Source: Vezdaea acicularis
Lineage: Eukaryota
Reading direction: 5' to 3'
Assembly: GCA_026025075.1 (NCBI GenBank)
Contig: JAPEUI010000074.1
Coordinates: 1-64,000 of the forward strand
DNA length: 64,000 nt
Part shown: positions 12,435-24,303 of the stretch, piece by piece
How positions within the stretch are numbered: the first letter of the stretch is position 1
How the letters are laid out: every line of letters begins with the position of its first letter
Program-made: the position numbers and the translations under genes
Notes under the pieces: model-generated
Database searches by the model: none
Told to the model about the DNA's origin: nothing
What the model saw: the letters and a program-made list of their open reading frames with translations, nothing else

Positions 12435-13573
12435 CTGTGTACATGGCTGGGTGGCTCGTCGTACTATAGGAAAATGACGGAATTTCAAAGGCGATACAGC
12501 ATCCCTGGCTCGAGATATCTCTATAGATGCTTCGCGTCTCGCAGCGGACAAAATCGGCGATTCTCATTCGCAATCGGCAATCGGATCGTGAAAGTAATTC
12601 AATCTTGGAAATAATTTCGAACCTTGAAGGCTTAAAGTTAGAGTTAGTTTTGGAGAGTCAGCATCAACATGTTCGAAGTCCCTGTTGATGTCGCCAGGCT
12701 CGCGTTTCATGACGGACAGGCGGAACCCTCATCATCTCGCATCGCTACGAACCACGACACTAAGCTTCACAACCCATTAGAACGATTCTACCGGCAAAAT
12801 TAGGATGCTAAGAAAGTCATAGGCGTGGAAATCAGTCAGAAGATTCAAAGACAGAATTGCATTATTCTACTGTATGAGTCGATGAATCTGGCATAGTCAG
12901 AATAAGATCACTGCTGGGCGCGTTTCATCGCCTCGTGTCAGCATCCCGGCTTAACGCAGCAACTTAGCCGGAAACGATCCCACACTGGTCCATACGCCTG
13001 ACGTTTGGGAACCTTGCGTTAGTGCCCGGCTCACCGAATGGTCTAACACTGCAGAGCGAGAGCCGCAGATGTAGGCTTCTTTCTTTAGATACTTGCACAG
13101 GCCTGCAAGCGACCTGCTTGATATCCAATCCCTTTTTGCTATTTGAATACTTACCCGGGATGCGCACTGAACGACGAAAAGATCCAGGGGGGATTAACTT
13201 TGCCTCTTATTTGTGCCAAGTCAGCTTGGAACTGCCAAGGTGCTCTCATTTTTCCCATTCGGGCAGACGTAGGAATTAAACACCCAGGATGGTGAAACTC
13301 AGAGGTCTCGATTTTCATTCTTGGGATATGGTAGCCCGCTGTTTGAGATCTCGTGGCTGTGTCCTCGATGTTTTAAAGCACGCTATCAATGGGCTACTTC
13401 CCGTCGACATGATGTCTTTCTGCTCCGCGTCTCATTTTCGATTTCTCATTCTTCTTTCCATGTCATTTTGCATTTCATCGCATCTAGTTTGATTTGCTTA
13501 TCATTTTCCATCATAATACACGTATTTAATTCAAAAATAGAGGGCTGGTTCCCTCTACCTTCTTCTTGCAACT

Positions 13574-15524
13574 ATGGCAACCCTGTCTGGTGCCTTGAAC
13601 GCGGCTATCTTGGCCATTATTCTCTCCTCCAACGCTCTTGTTTCGGCTCAGGCAAGTGGATCGGGAACAACGACTCGCTATTGGGACTGCTGCAAGCCAG
13701 CATGCTCGTGGAACAACAACCTTCCAATTTCTTCGCCAGTCAAGATGTGCGACAAGAACCAGCAACCCATATTAGATGCGGGGGCAGCATCGGGTTGCAC
13801 TGGGGGTCCGGCTTTCATGTGCGCCAGCCAGATACCATGGGCTGTAAATGACCAGCTAGCATATGGCTTTGCCGCAGTCAATGTTGGAGGCCAGACTGAT
13901 CGTGATTGGTGCTGCTCATGCTATGAGCTTACCTTCACCAGTGGCGCGGCCTCCGGGAAGAAGATGATCGTTCAGGCGTCGAATACGGGCTCTGACGTTG
14001 CCACGAACGCGTTTGATCTAGCAGTAAGTTGTAGTTAATTTGACCGAGGAAGGTCCTTCTTCTGACAGCAACTAGATACCTGGGGGCAGCTTCGGAATGT
14101 TTGACGGGTGTCACAACCAATACAACGGCCAAGGCAATTGGGGCCGACAATGGGGCGGTGTCTACAGTCGCGCAGACTGCGATACGTTCCCGGATATCTT
14201 GAAGCAGGGCTGCTACTTCCGCTGGGACTGGATGGGTGGAGATGACAATCCAACGTAAGCCAGCGCGTCTCGGTCTAATCTTAATAGCTAACAAGTAATC
14301 TCCAGCGCGGACTTCACTGAGGTCTCTTGCCCTAAAGAACTTACAGATCTTACCGGCTGTATCCGTAACGGACAAATTCCTAAGGGCAATTCTTACCTTC
14401 AGCCCTCTCCATCCCCTGCCGCACAGCTTCCTCCCGACTACCTCTCATATACAGGCTCTGGCAACAGCCAGGCAGGAGGTACTGGCCAAGGTACTGGCAG
14501 TGCTGGTGCTGGTGGTGCTGGTGGTGCTGGTGGTGCTGGTGGCGCTGGTGGCGTTGGTGGCGTTGGTGGAGGTGCCGGTCAAGGTGCTAGCAGCAGTACA
14601 GAGGGTGCAGGAGGTATCAGTGTGACCAGTAGCACTACCAGTGGAGGTGCAGGCGGTGCTGAACCCAGTGGAATATTCTCCTGGTCCTACAGCAATCCCG
14701 GTGCAGTCTACACTCCAGCACCAATCCCTGCTTCAGGCGGTAGCTCAGGCGGTGGCGGTGGCGGAGGCGGCGGCGATGATACTGGCTGTCCCTCTTGGGC
14801 ACAAGGGCCTATGTGGAATGGACAGAGCGTCGGTAACGTTCCTGGCTACCCAGCTTGCCGGAAGAGCAAGACAAAAAGAGTGCGCAGAGACGCCATCCAG
14901 CTGGATGATATGCCACCAGTATACCTTGAAAAGAGGGGGGTAGAGATGGACGATCTTCCATCTCTACCCAAAGATTTCCAAGCTCAGCCAGCGGAATCCG
15001 CAAATGAGGAGGCAGCTACTCCTTCAATCACTACCGGCGGATTAGTGCAATTCGAAAGCTCAGCATCAACACTGAACAAAACCACTGTCTTGGAGTCACA
15101 GCCTGAACTCAGAAGGCGGAACGTCTTGCGATTCCCCGAGCAGCTAGGAAACATTAAGAAGCGCGAGGAGATACCAGCTCCTAATGATGTCGAAAAACGT
15201 GACTCTGGCTGCCCAGCCTGGGCACAGGGCCCAACATGGAACGGAATGAGTGCAGGAAACGTTCCAGGGGTAGCGGGGTGCGGAGGAAGTGGTAGCAGTG
15301 GAGGAGCAGGAGGAAATGGAGGCGCTGCAGAAGGTGCTGCTGCTACGAGCTCAAGCGCATCAACTCCCGTCGCTTCACAGATTCCAGCGCCCGGATCTGA
15401 CACAGGTGCTGGTGGCCAGGGCAATATAACTACGAATGGGCTGTCAACAAAACCTGTTGGAAGTGAAGAGTCGTTTCTAGTCACTAATAGAACGGAGGGA
15501 GCGGACGATACGTGTGATGAGTAA
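13574..15524 (+). CDS. Secreted GH45 endo-beta-1,4-glucanase with long Gly/Ser-rich, repeat-containing C-terminal extension; exons 13574-14023, 14076-14254, 14306-15524
   Basis: Signal peptide, TTRYWDCCKPACSW, WCCSCYELTFT, FDLA/IPGG, GCYFRWDW, VSCPKELTDLTGC. Exon 3 is in frame with ORF 14622-15524. Confidence 0.92.
14500..14572 (+). repeat. 9-nt coding minisatellite (GCTGGTGGT and variants) encoding an (AGG/VGG)n linker
   Basis: gctggtggtgctggtggtgctggtggtgctggtggcgctggtggcgttggtggcgttggtgga read directly. Confidence 0.9.
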
Positions 15525-15980
15525 TAGTGTAGGCATTTAGTTTTAGCATAGTTCACGGCCAGAAATCAAAGGGGAGGAGCTATCCATTTGAAATTTTCCA
15601 CTTAAACACCGAGTGAAGCTCCTTAAAAAGAGCAAAGACTCAAGCTCGGCAAGCGATTACACATTCTACGCCAGAAAACTGTAGGTGGTTTTGATTACTA
15701 CCGTGAATACACCAGATTTTACATCTTTCAAGGTGCTTATGCAGCAGAACTTCAGCAGCGACTGCTCTTAATGATAGAGCTGTCGAAGTGAATCACCGAA
15801 ACGAATCTCAAAACCTTCTTCTTCTACAAAGTGTGTATACACACTCCCAGTAAGTCTCCAGGCCTTAGATTGGCGTACTGAAACCCGTGCGGACAAGAGC
15901 GATTCGTTGTCCCAGATGCATTGCACAAAGCTCAAGTCCGGTAGCGGCCCCAACGGTTAGACAGCCCTAATAGCATAAGC

Positions 15981-17295
15981 CTAAACTTCCTTCAACGGCT
16001 CTGCAAGCACCGCCCCAGCTTTGCCCAATAGGATCCACGGCCTTTGCGCCCAGAACTCATCGCGGATTATATCAAGATGGAGTACTGTGATTCTGGCCTT
16101 AGCTTTTTTCCTCTTTTCCTTCTCCTGCTGCGTCTTCGACTGCTCGACCGGTGCGCCCAAGTCCGTATCTTCTTTGTCCAACTCGTCTGGCAATGCTGGG
16201 GCTTGACCAGGCTCAGCGAGTCGGTACTGTAGCTTCATCAGTTCGGCTTTCTCAAACTCTTGGTAAGATGGTGACTCATAAAGGGGGAAAGGTACATCTC
16301 GTAGAACTATGCTGCCCTTCTTAAACATCTCCGGCTCGTTGTTGTAGTTGATGCCGAATCTTGAGAACATAATTTCGTTCTTATCGGCAGTATAAGACCC
16401 CTTTTCTGCCGTTAGTTCTTTCTCAGTAGGCTTAAATAGCTGCTGGATGTCACCATCAGTTCCTTCTCTGCATCCTTAGCCTCCATACCTCCTTGCTGGA
16501 TCAACGCCCAGAACGTCGTGTTATACAGGTTATTGATATGGCCTGGGATGGCATCTTCATTAGTTCAAAGCTTTGCATTCTCTAGGGGGAAAAGGCAATT
16601 CATACAGTCGACCTGCCGCCAGCTTAGATAGTCTCGTAAATTTCGATCCGTCGGATACAAGACAGCTCGAGCATCGAATGATGGAAGAGGAGGGGAAAGG
16701 GGCGTGTCTGGGAAGTAGGTCGGCCACAAATGTGCGAAGTAAGATGTGAAGGTAGAAACAATCGTAGAGATCAACTTGCTAGATTGATCGTCAGCGCTCT
16801 CCCAAGAGTGATTGGATGCCTTTGAGGGCGAGGATCCCGTACCTCTTGCGCCTTTCAAATAGTGTACAAGTCTTATGCAAGACAAAGCTATTACCAAAGT
16901 ATCAGCCCCACGCCTGCATCGTTTTGAGGAGGATGAATAACAGACCTATACTCATCACTAAACCCATATGCAATTATACACTCCGCAATCTCACTCACGA
17001 CCGCGGTAGCAGCCCGGTTCATCAGATCGAGCGCTCGCTTGTCGTTGGGTTTCTCGAATGCATATTTCTTCGACAGCCTTTCTCGTTGGTCTCAGTATGT
17101 CTAAGCTACGGATCGTCTTGTAGCAACAGGAGAGTCATACTTATGAAAGCCACGACCGTCTACTCGAATGACTATCCAAGTGTTTGGAAGGAGGCTGTCT
17201 GCTTCCTCGAACATGCGGACATATTCATATCTTCTCAGCTGTTAGAATTCGGGTTCAGTCACATGCAGGGAGGGTTTCCACTTTGAGTTAGCCAT
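15981..17295 (-). CDS. THG1: tRNA(His) guanylyltransferase, about 8 exons
   Basis: Spliced reading: MANSK/YEYVRMFE...WIVIRVDGRGFH, FEKPND.RAL.LMN, AYGFSDEY, SFDARAVLYP...LRDYLSWRQVD/CHINNLYNTTFW, FGINYNNEPEMFKKGS. Confidence 0.95.
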
Positions 17296-18108
17296 CCCGG
17301 AAAGATGCTTGTTTGGGAGTGTTGTTGGCCTTTGCGTTTCAGTATTTCAGTCTTTCGAGCAAACCCTCTGGGACCCTCTGGGGACGGAGTTAGGTCGAAT
17401 CCAATAATTCACAAATTCTGTTCTTTCTCTCAAGGTCCAGATCGCCGTTTTCCATCTGTCATCTACAAGCATTCACTCGGGAGTTTCCAGGATATTCATG
17501 AAGCAATTCGAACTCTATATCGCAGAACACTGCTTTTCATATGTTTTTTGCTTTTTTACATACAATGCAGAAGATCGCGCCATTCCCTCTTGTTTGCTCA
17601 TACGCAAACACAGTCCAAGGCCTCCCAGAGCAGCTAGTAGAATCTCATTCTAATCAGCTAAAGCTGATGCAGTCGCTAAGCCAGTTGCACAATTTGTTTG
17701 CCGTGGCCTAAGCTCGAACGCTTTTCATTATCAGACAATAGGAAACCCAAAAGCAAATGCAGGTAGTTCTCGTTGAAACGCCCTCATTGCCGAGCAGACC
17801 GGAAATTACAGAGACAGCTAAGAAAACGCAAGTTCATGGATGCCGCCCTCGAGCCTGAAAATGCATGGAAAACCCGAATTAGGCTCTTGTTGTGAAGGTT
17901 GCTGCCGCAGTCTATATGTGGGCCAGCGTACAGCGCGATAGTGTTACAAATGAATCTCGATAGAGATCATCAAGGGAAGTATGTAAGATGCATTGGAATA
18001 GGAGAATAGTCACTATTTGCGACCCGTTAGTAAATTTCCGGAACCCATAGAGATGTTGGAGCCTTACAGAAACTCGATAGTCAAAGTTTCCCGAGTAGCG
18101 CGGGGCTA

Positions 18109-21100
18109 CTACTTGTCCGCGGGAGAGCTAGGACAAGAGCGTTAGTTTTTGCAAATGTTGGAGGGCTCGACGAACTTACTTCGGAGAGTACTGTGGCGAT
18201 TTGGGAGTCCACAGTGGAGACGCCGCAGTAGGAGGACCAGATCCAGGAGACACAGAGTAAGGTGCAGACCCAGGATGAGGGCTTGTTGGAGAATAAAGTT
18301 GTGGAAGGGGGGAGTTGGGGCTCCATGCCGTCGCCGACATAGGCATAGGCGATGATGGAGATTGCTGTTTCGCAGACCCCACGTCAATGTCGGGGCTTGT
18401 CGGGCTGTACTTGGGTGATGTCGAGTCAAGATCGGGGGAGGAAGGACTGTATTTGGGCGAGGTAAGGGCGATTTCATTCGGCGATGTTGGAGAGTAGTTG
18501 GGCGACGTTGGAGAGTAATTGGGAGACGCAGGCGTGCCATCTGCCGGCGAAGACGGCGAGTAAAGTGGTGATGACAGTGGTGAGGTAGGTGTAAAAGAAG
18601 GGCTTTGAGGGGAGAAGGTGGGTGACGTCCCGTAGCGCGGACTGGTTATAGCAGTTCCAGGAGAATTTGGAGAGTAGATTGGCGAAGTACTCGAAGCAAA
18701 GCCCGGGCTGGATTGGAAGGGGCTAGACGATGCGTAACCAAGACCGCCTGGACTTCGAGCGCCTGTATAGGGACTTTGGCCACCAACACCAAACCCAAGT
18801 CCTCCATATTCTGTGAAGCCGTGGGGAGTATCGGAACCGGAGATTTGCATTGGCGAGAATGCCGCTCCGTATTCTGGCGAGGATATATATCCTCCATCAG
18901 GTACTGGGGACGTCCCGTCGTAAGGAGTTGCGGCGCCATCGGCCAAGAAACTTGACTTAATACCAATACCTGCGGCTACTCCCAATCGAGCATTATCTGT
19001 TACCACGGATCGGCTAAGCATTTTCTGGTCGAGGAGGACGTCAAGTTCACCCGTCCCCAATGGTGCGAGCTGGCCCAGCATGACATTTTCAGAGACACCA
19101 CGGCAGTCGTCCAACTCACCGCTGCCGGCAGCTTCAAGGAGGACCTCAACCGTTTCCTCAAAAGAGCACCTCATTAAAGCGCCAGTCTCAGCACGGTTGA
19201 TGCCGTGACGATTTATGGGGGCCAAGCTGCCACGCCACGTCATGACGTCGACTAGGAGAGCCATATGGCGATGGTTAACATAGGACCCATCGAAAGACAA
19301 CACTTTTTTGAGTTCGTGCATAAGCGCAGATCGGGCAGCTTCGATGCCAAAGACTTCAAAGACTTCAACGAAAGAGTTGGAATAGGTCCGAGTAGTGTCG
19401 ACCCCCTCAATAGCAAGGACATCTGCTAGCGCTGTGCCACTTGTGTCAAGATACCACTCATGGAAACTCTCGTCATCTTTGTTCATCTTGATAGATCCAT
19501 CATCCATCAATTTCTTTGACCCCTTATGAGTTATGAAAGCTTTCTCAATGCCTGAAACGCCCCGAAGGGTTATTGTGTCAAGCATGTTGTTCGCCAGATC
19601 TTTAAGCTCCCCATCAGGGCCTTTCTTTTCGCCTATTCCTTCTTCTTCCATTTCTTCTTGTTTCTGATCTCGAACTAGCCGACGTACTCGAATGACTTGC
19701 TGGTCTGCATTATTGTCACTGAATATCACTGAGACGTGATCTTTGAATTCTTCTTTGATCCTCGTGGCGACATCTTGGACAGTTAACCCCTTATCGAGCA
19801 GCTTTCGCCGACCTAGTATAATACGGAGAAGCCATTTAGATTGACTCTCAGGATCATCGGCCGCATCGTCAGCAATAAGGTAATAGGAGTCAACCATATC
19901 AAAGTCACTATCGATGATGGTTCTGGTAATATCTGGATCATAATAGATCTCTACCGTCTCGGTCACTGATCGAAGGGATGTATGCTCTATAGCACTGCGA
20001 AGAGCTTTGGCCTTGTTCTTGTCCGTGATATCACCTGGTGTCTGGTATATGGTCATCGATGGGGTTTTAATTCTCTTAGCGAGACTCAAAATCTCCTTAA
20101 GACGCGGTACACCGAGAGTAACGTTCTTTGAAGAGACACCCGCAAAATGGAACGTGTTGAGAGTCATCTGCGTTGCCGGTTCGCCGATAGATTGTGCAGC
20201 GAGGACACCAACCATCTCGCCAGGATTTACCAATGCGCGGGAGAAGCGTTCTGCAATTTCCCCAATGACACTCTGGAAGGCGTTTTTGTTCAAGGAATAT
20301 TCGAGGACTACTCGTTTGAACGCCAAACGGGAGCGAATAAGAGCCTTGAATAAGATGGTCGCGTTCGCTTGCGCCTCCTTTGAAAATTCATCATCACCAC
20401 GGACAACAACGAGTTGATCAATAAGCTTCTGTACGGCTGGTATAACATCCCGAGGATGTAAGTTGCTGGGAGCTCCGTCTCTGATCTTGAACTTGGTCTT
20501 CGCTGTTTCGAGTATGCGTAGGATATTGAGCGGAAGCTGCATTCTATCATCATCCTCTGTTTGTCCCTCTCTAAGAAAAGCTCGATCCGCAAGAAGGGCA
20601 CTATACTCGTCATCAAATAGCTTTTGGATTTCAATATCGCCAGTGATCTCCTCGGCTTGCTCGAGGAAGTCGGGGCTGATCCTAAGGTTGTCATCGTCTG
20701 CCATGACATCCACCTTGAATTTCTTTTCGAACGCTTTGTTGGATGATGTGATGATGTCGAGGCTCTGATTTTCGATGTACACACCGTCGAGGCCATCTTC
20801 CCCGTAAACGAACTGTATGATATCGCCAAGCGAATTGCGTACAGTGCCGTCATACTTGGCCATGACATCTTCGAGGGCCTTCACAAGACGTCGCTGTATA
20901 TATCCTGTCTCAGCAGTCTTTACAGCCGTGTCGATGAGGCCCTCTCGACCAGCCATTGCGTGGAAGAAGAATTCAGTAGGAGTCAACCCTCGGAGGTAAG
21001 AATTCTCAACAAAGCCACGAGACTCTGGAGAATAATCATCTTTCGTGAAGTGCGGCAAAGTTCGATATTTAAACCCGAACGGAATCCGTTTTCCTTCCAC

Positions 21101-23630
21101 TGATTGTTGGCCGACTACCGCACTCATCTGTGAGATGTTGATTTCTGAGCCCTTGGAACCAGAGCGCGCCATTTGCACAGCGTTATTGAGATCTTTCAAA
21201 TTCTTGGCCGTCTCAGAGCCAGACGTTTCACGGGCATCATTCAGATGTTTTGATACAATGTTCTCGAACGTCTCCCGCAGGTTCATACCAGGTAAAGCAT
21301 CTAACTTGTTTTCGGTAGCTTCAGTTGTAATCTTGTCGACGTTCTCCTTCTCCTTTGCAACAGCTGACTCGATTTTCTTGATTGTTTTGGCATCCGGTAT
21401 CGTATCGCCGATGCCAATGCTGAAGCCGTTGTGTAGTAGCCAGTAATTTACTACAGTCTGTGCCCCATTAAAGAATTTCAAGGCTGTCTGCCATCCTTTC
21501 TCGTTGTAGATGATGTGAATAATGCCACCACTTTTATTACCGATCGTGCTCTTGGAGAAGGCGCCGAACATCAATTCTCCGCCATGTACGAAGAGCCCCT
21601 TGTCTGCAAGCGGGCAAAAGTCATTGTCATCAGGCCGGATCATATTCAGACCCTTAGGGATGACCAAGCTGACAACTTGCTTTCCAGTCCATCGTGGTCT
21701 CGGCTTAATAATCGCTGGCTGAGGAATGACGCCATCCCAATCCGGAACCCATAGCAAGATGTTCATTACTTGCTCTTTCGTGAGGAAGACATCTCTACGA
21801 CAGATCTTATAGACACCACAGAGAGTATCCTGAACGATACCCATCAACGGCGAATTACCCTGGGGTGACACGATGTTGAGGGGTACCATACAAAGCTGGC
21901 TGACCTCGGCTCGAGTCTCTTCGCTTTGCGGAACGTGAAGATTCATTTCGTCCCCGTCAAAATCGGCATTGTACGGCGTGGTAACAGAGAGATTCAATCG
22001 GAAAGTAGAGTAGGGCATAACACGCACACGATGTCCCATCATAGATTCCTTATGCAGAGAAGGTTGCCGGTTGAAGATGATGAAGTCGCCGTCAACGATG
22101 TGCCTTTCGACCTTCCAGCCATATTGCAATGAGATTTCGCCAGCTCGCTTGTGGTGACGGAGATCAATCCTATCACCAGTATCCCTAATGACGTACTTCG
22201 CTCCAGGATGCTCGTTCGGTCCGTTCTTGACGAGTTGGTGAAGCTTTTGGATATTATACGGCGTCACAGTCTCCGGATAAGTCAGGGTCCGAGCAATACT
22301 CCTTGGAACTCCAACTTCATCTAGAGAGAGATTCGGGTCTCCGGTTATGACTGTACGAGCAGAGAAATCCACGCGTTTTCCCATCAGATTGCCCCGAAGC
22401 CTACCTTCTTTGCCCTTCAGACGCGCTCGAATAGCCTTGATCGGCCTACCGGATTTCTGCATTGATTGCGGCTGACCAGCAATGTCGTTATCCATATACG
22501 TTGCGACGTGAAATTGAAGAAGCGATTCGAACTCATTTAACACGTGAGCTGGTGAGCCCTCTTGCTCACATCGTCGGACATTGCCATTAGCGCGAATGAT
22601 ATCACCCAGCTTGAAGGTCAGATCATCCTCACTTCGGCCGCCCTGGCCCGAGCCATCCATTGAGATACTTGGTCGAACTGGGGGCGGAGGTACTGGCAAA
22701 ACGGTAAGAATCATCCATTCTGGCCGAGCATAGTCGTTACTCAGGCCCATCTTTCGAATGTCTTCATCGGAAATACTGCGAAAGATATTGAGGGCCATCT
22801 GCGGAGTGATTTGCTTTCTCACTTCGCCACGGTTTTCGTCATCATCCTTCACGGCTTTCCATGTGCCCCAAAGCTTAAGTACCTCTCTTCGGACTTTCGG
22901 TTGAGTGTTGCCGCAGCCACCATGTGTGGACCGTTTGGGGGGTTTTTTAGAATCAAAGGTGGGCGCTTCGTCTTCGGGCGGAGAATCCATTTCACAGACT
23001 CCCTTGTCTACGCAAGCATGCCAGACAGCATCGAAACGTTTCTTAGGAGCTCGATGTCGAATCGCTTCTCTGAATTTGTCATCACTCTGAACATTGAATC
23101 AGTTAGCACATGATTTGATTAAAAGACGCACCACCACTGGGGTAGATAATTTACCTCGTCTGCCTTTAACTTCCCACAGTTGTGACAGACCATCTCCAGA
23201 ATTTTCTTCACTTTTTTGATGAAGCCTATATCACGTTAACTTGATAGAAGGAAATATTTTATCGTCATGCATTCCATACCAACATGGAAGACAGGAGAAG
23301 CTAGCTCGATATGACCAAAATGGCCAGGACATTCAGACATGCCCTCGTCACATGTACCACATTTGTAGGACCGTTCTATAGACCCAAGTTTAGGATCCAT
23401 GAGACCTTGCTGGCGAGGTCGTAACTTTTGGTCATCCTAGTTCAGACCTTTAGCAAATACAGAGCACAAAGAGGTAAGTTTGTGCCTGAATCCTGACTAA
23501 CCATGGTCTCAGGATACTCGATCTGCACAACGCTCATGTTCTTGATCTCCTCTGGCGAGAGGAGGCCAAACTGAATTTCCTGGATTGTCCTCAGAGGCGC
23601 ACTCGAATATTTGAAGATAAGGTTCGACAT
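18109..23630 (-). CDS. RPB1: RNA polymerase II largest subunit
   Basis: [44 protein letters not shown], catalytic [10 protein letters not shown], trigger loop [13 protein letters not shown]-rich CTD. A tiny last exon after an intron at about 18129-18180 ends NSPADK*. Confidence 0.99.
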
Positions 23631-24303
23631 GATGGCGGTTCTTTAGTCACACGTCAAGCCGGAGTGGCGAGCGAGAATTGATCAGTAGTGAAAAGGTCGA
23701 TTTCTGCCTCAGTGTCGCGATGGCGCGTTCTACAGTCCCGCTGTAATCCGTATCTCTTTTTTATTCTCACACAGAGACCCGTCTTTTACACTTCTTGCAC
23801 CAACAATCAGTCTCGCGACTGCGTTGCACTCGCAACTGTGGCCGTGAGGCCCTTGAAAACTCAAGCGCCTCAAGGCGCCTGCGACCAACTACCTTCGCTG
23901 AAGACTCGCTGTTGATTGTTGAAAAGACCGTTATTCTCCTTGCCAGTGAAGAAGGATGTAAGATGGAAGGCGTCGCGATAGATGACGCGACTACCTCTTG
24001 TGGTTGAGGTGTAGTATTGATGAACAAAGGAGTTTGTCGCGATCATTCAGATTTGGGGTGGCTGACGGGGAAGGAAAAAGAACGTCAGGCCGCTTGTGGG
24101 TTAGTGCGGTCTTGGCAGGGAATCGAGGATTCTGCAAAAGCAGCAAGAGCTCCACGCGAAGAAATGCTGGGCTTCACGCCTTACTTTTGCCGCTTTAGTG
24201 CCATTCGAAAGGCGCTTGACACCAGTCTTCAAGCAAAGGCGGAAACATCTTCATATCACCTGAAGAACCTCAAACTGCATAGAGGTTGCTTGATGCTCAA
24301 GAG

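Noticed and set aside
12945..12972. Imperfect inverted CGGCT(T)AA..TTAGCCG upstream of GH45 (XlnR-like GGCTAA)
   Set aside because: Short motif about 600 nt upstream; cannot be distinguished from chance without conservation data.
3403..16295. Four stop-free introns of 3n length (urease 3403-3465, oxygenase 11039-11095, FRG1 11957-12007, THG1 16227-16295)
   Set aside because: About the number expected by chance among several dozen short introns; no evidence of regulated retention.
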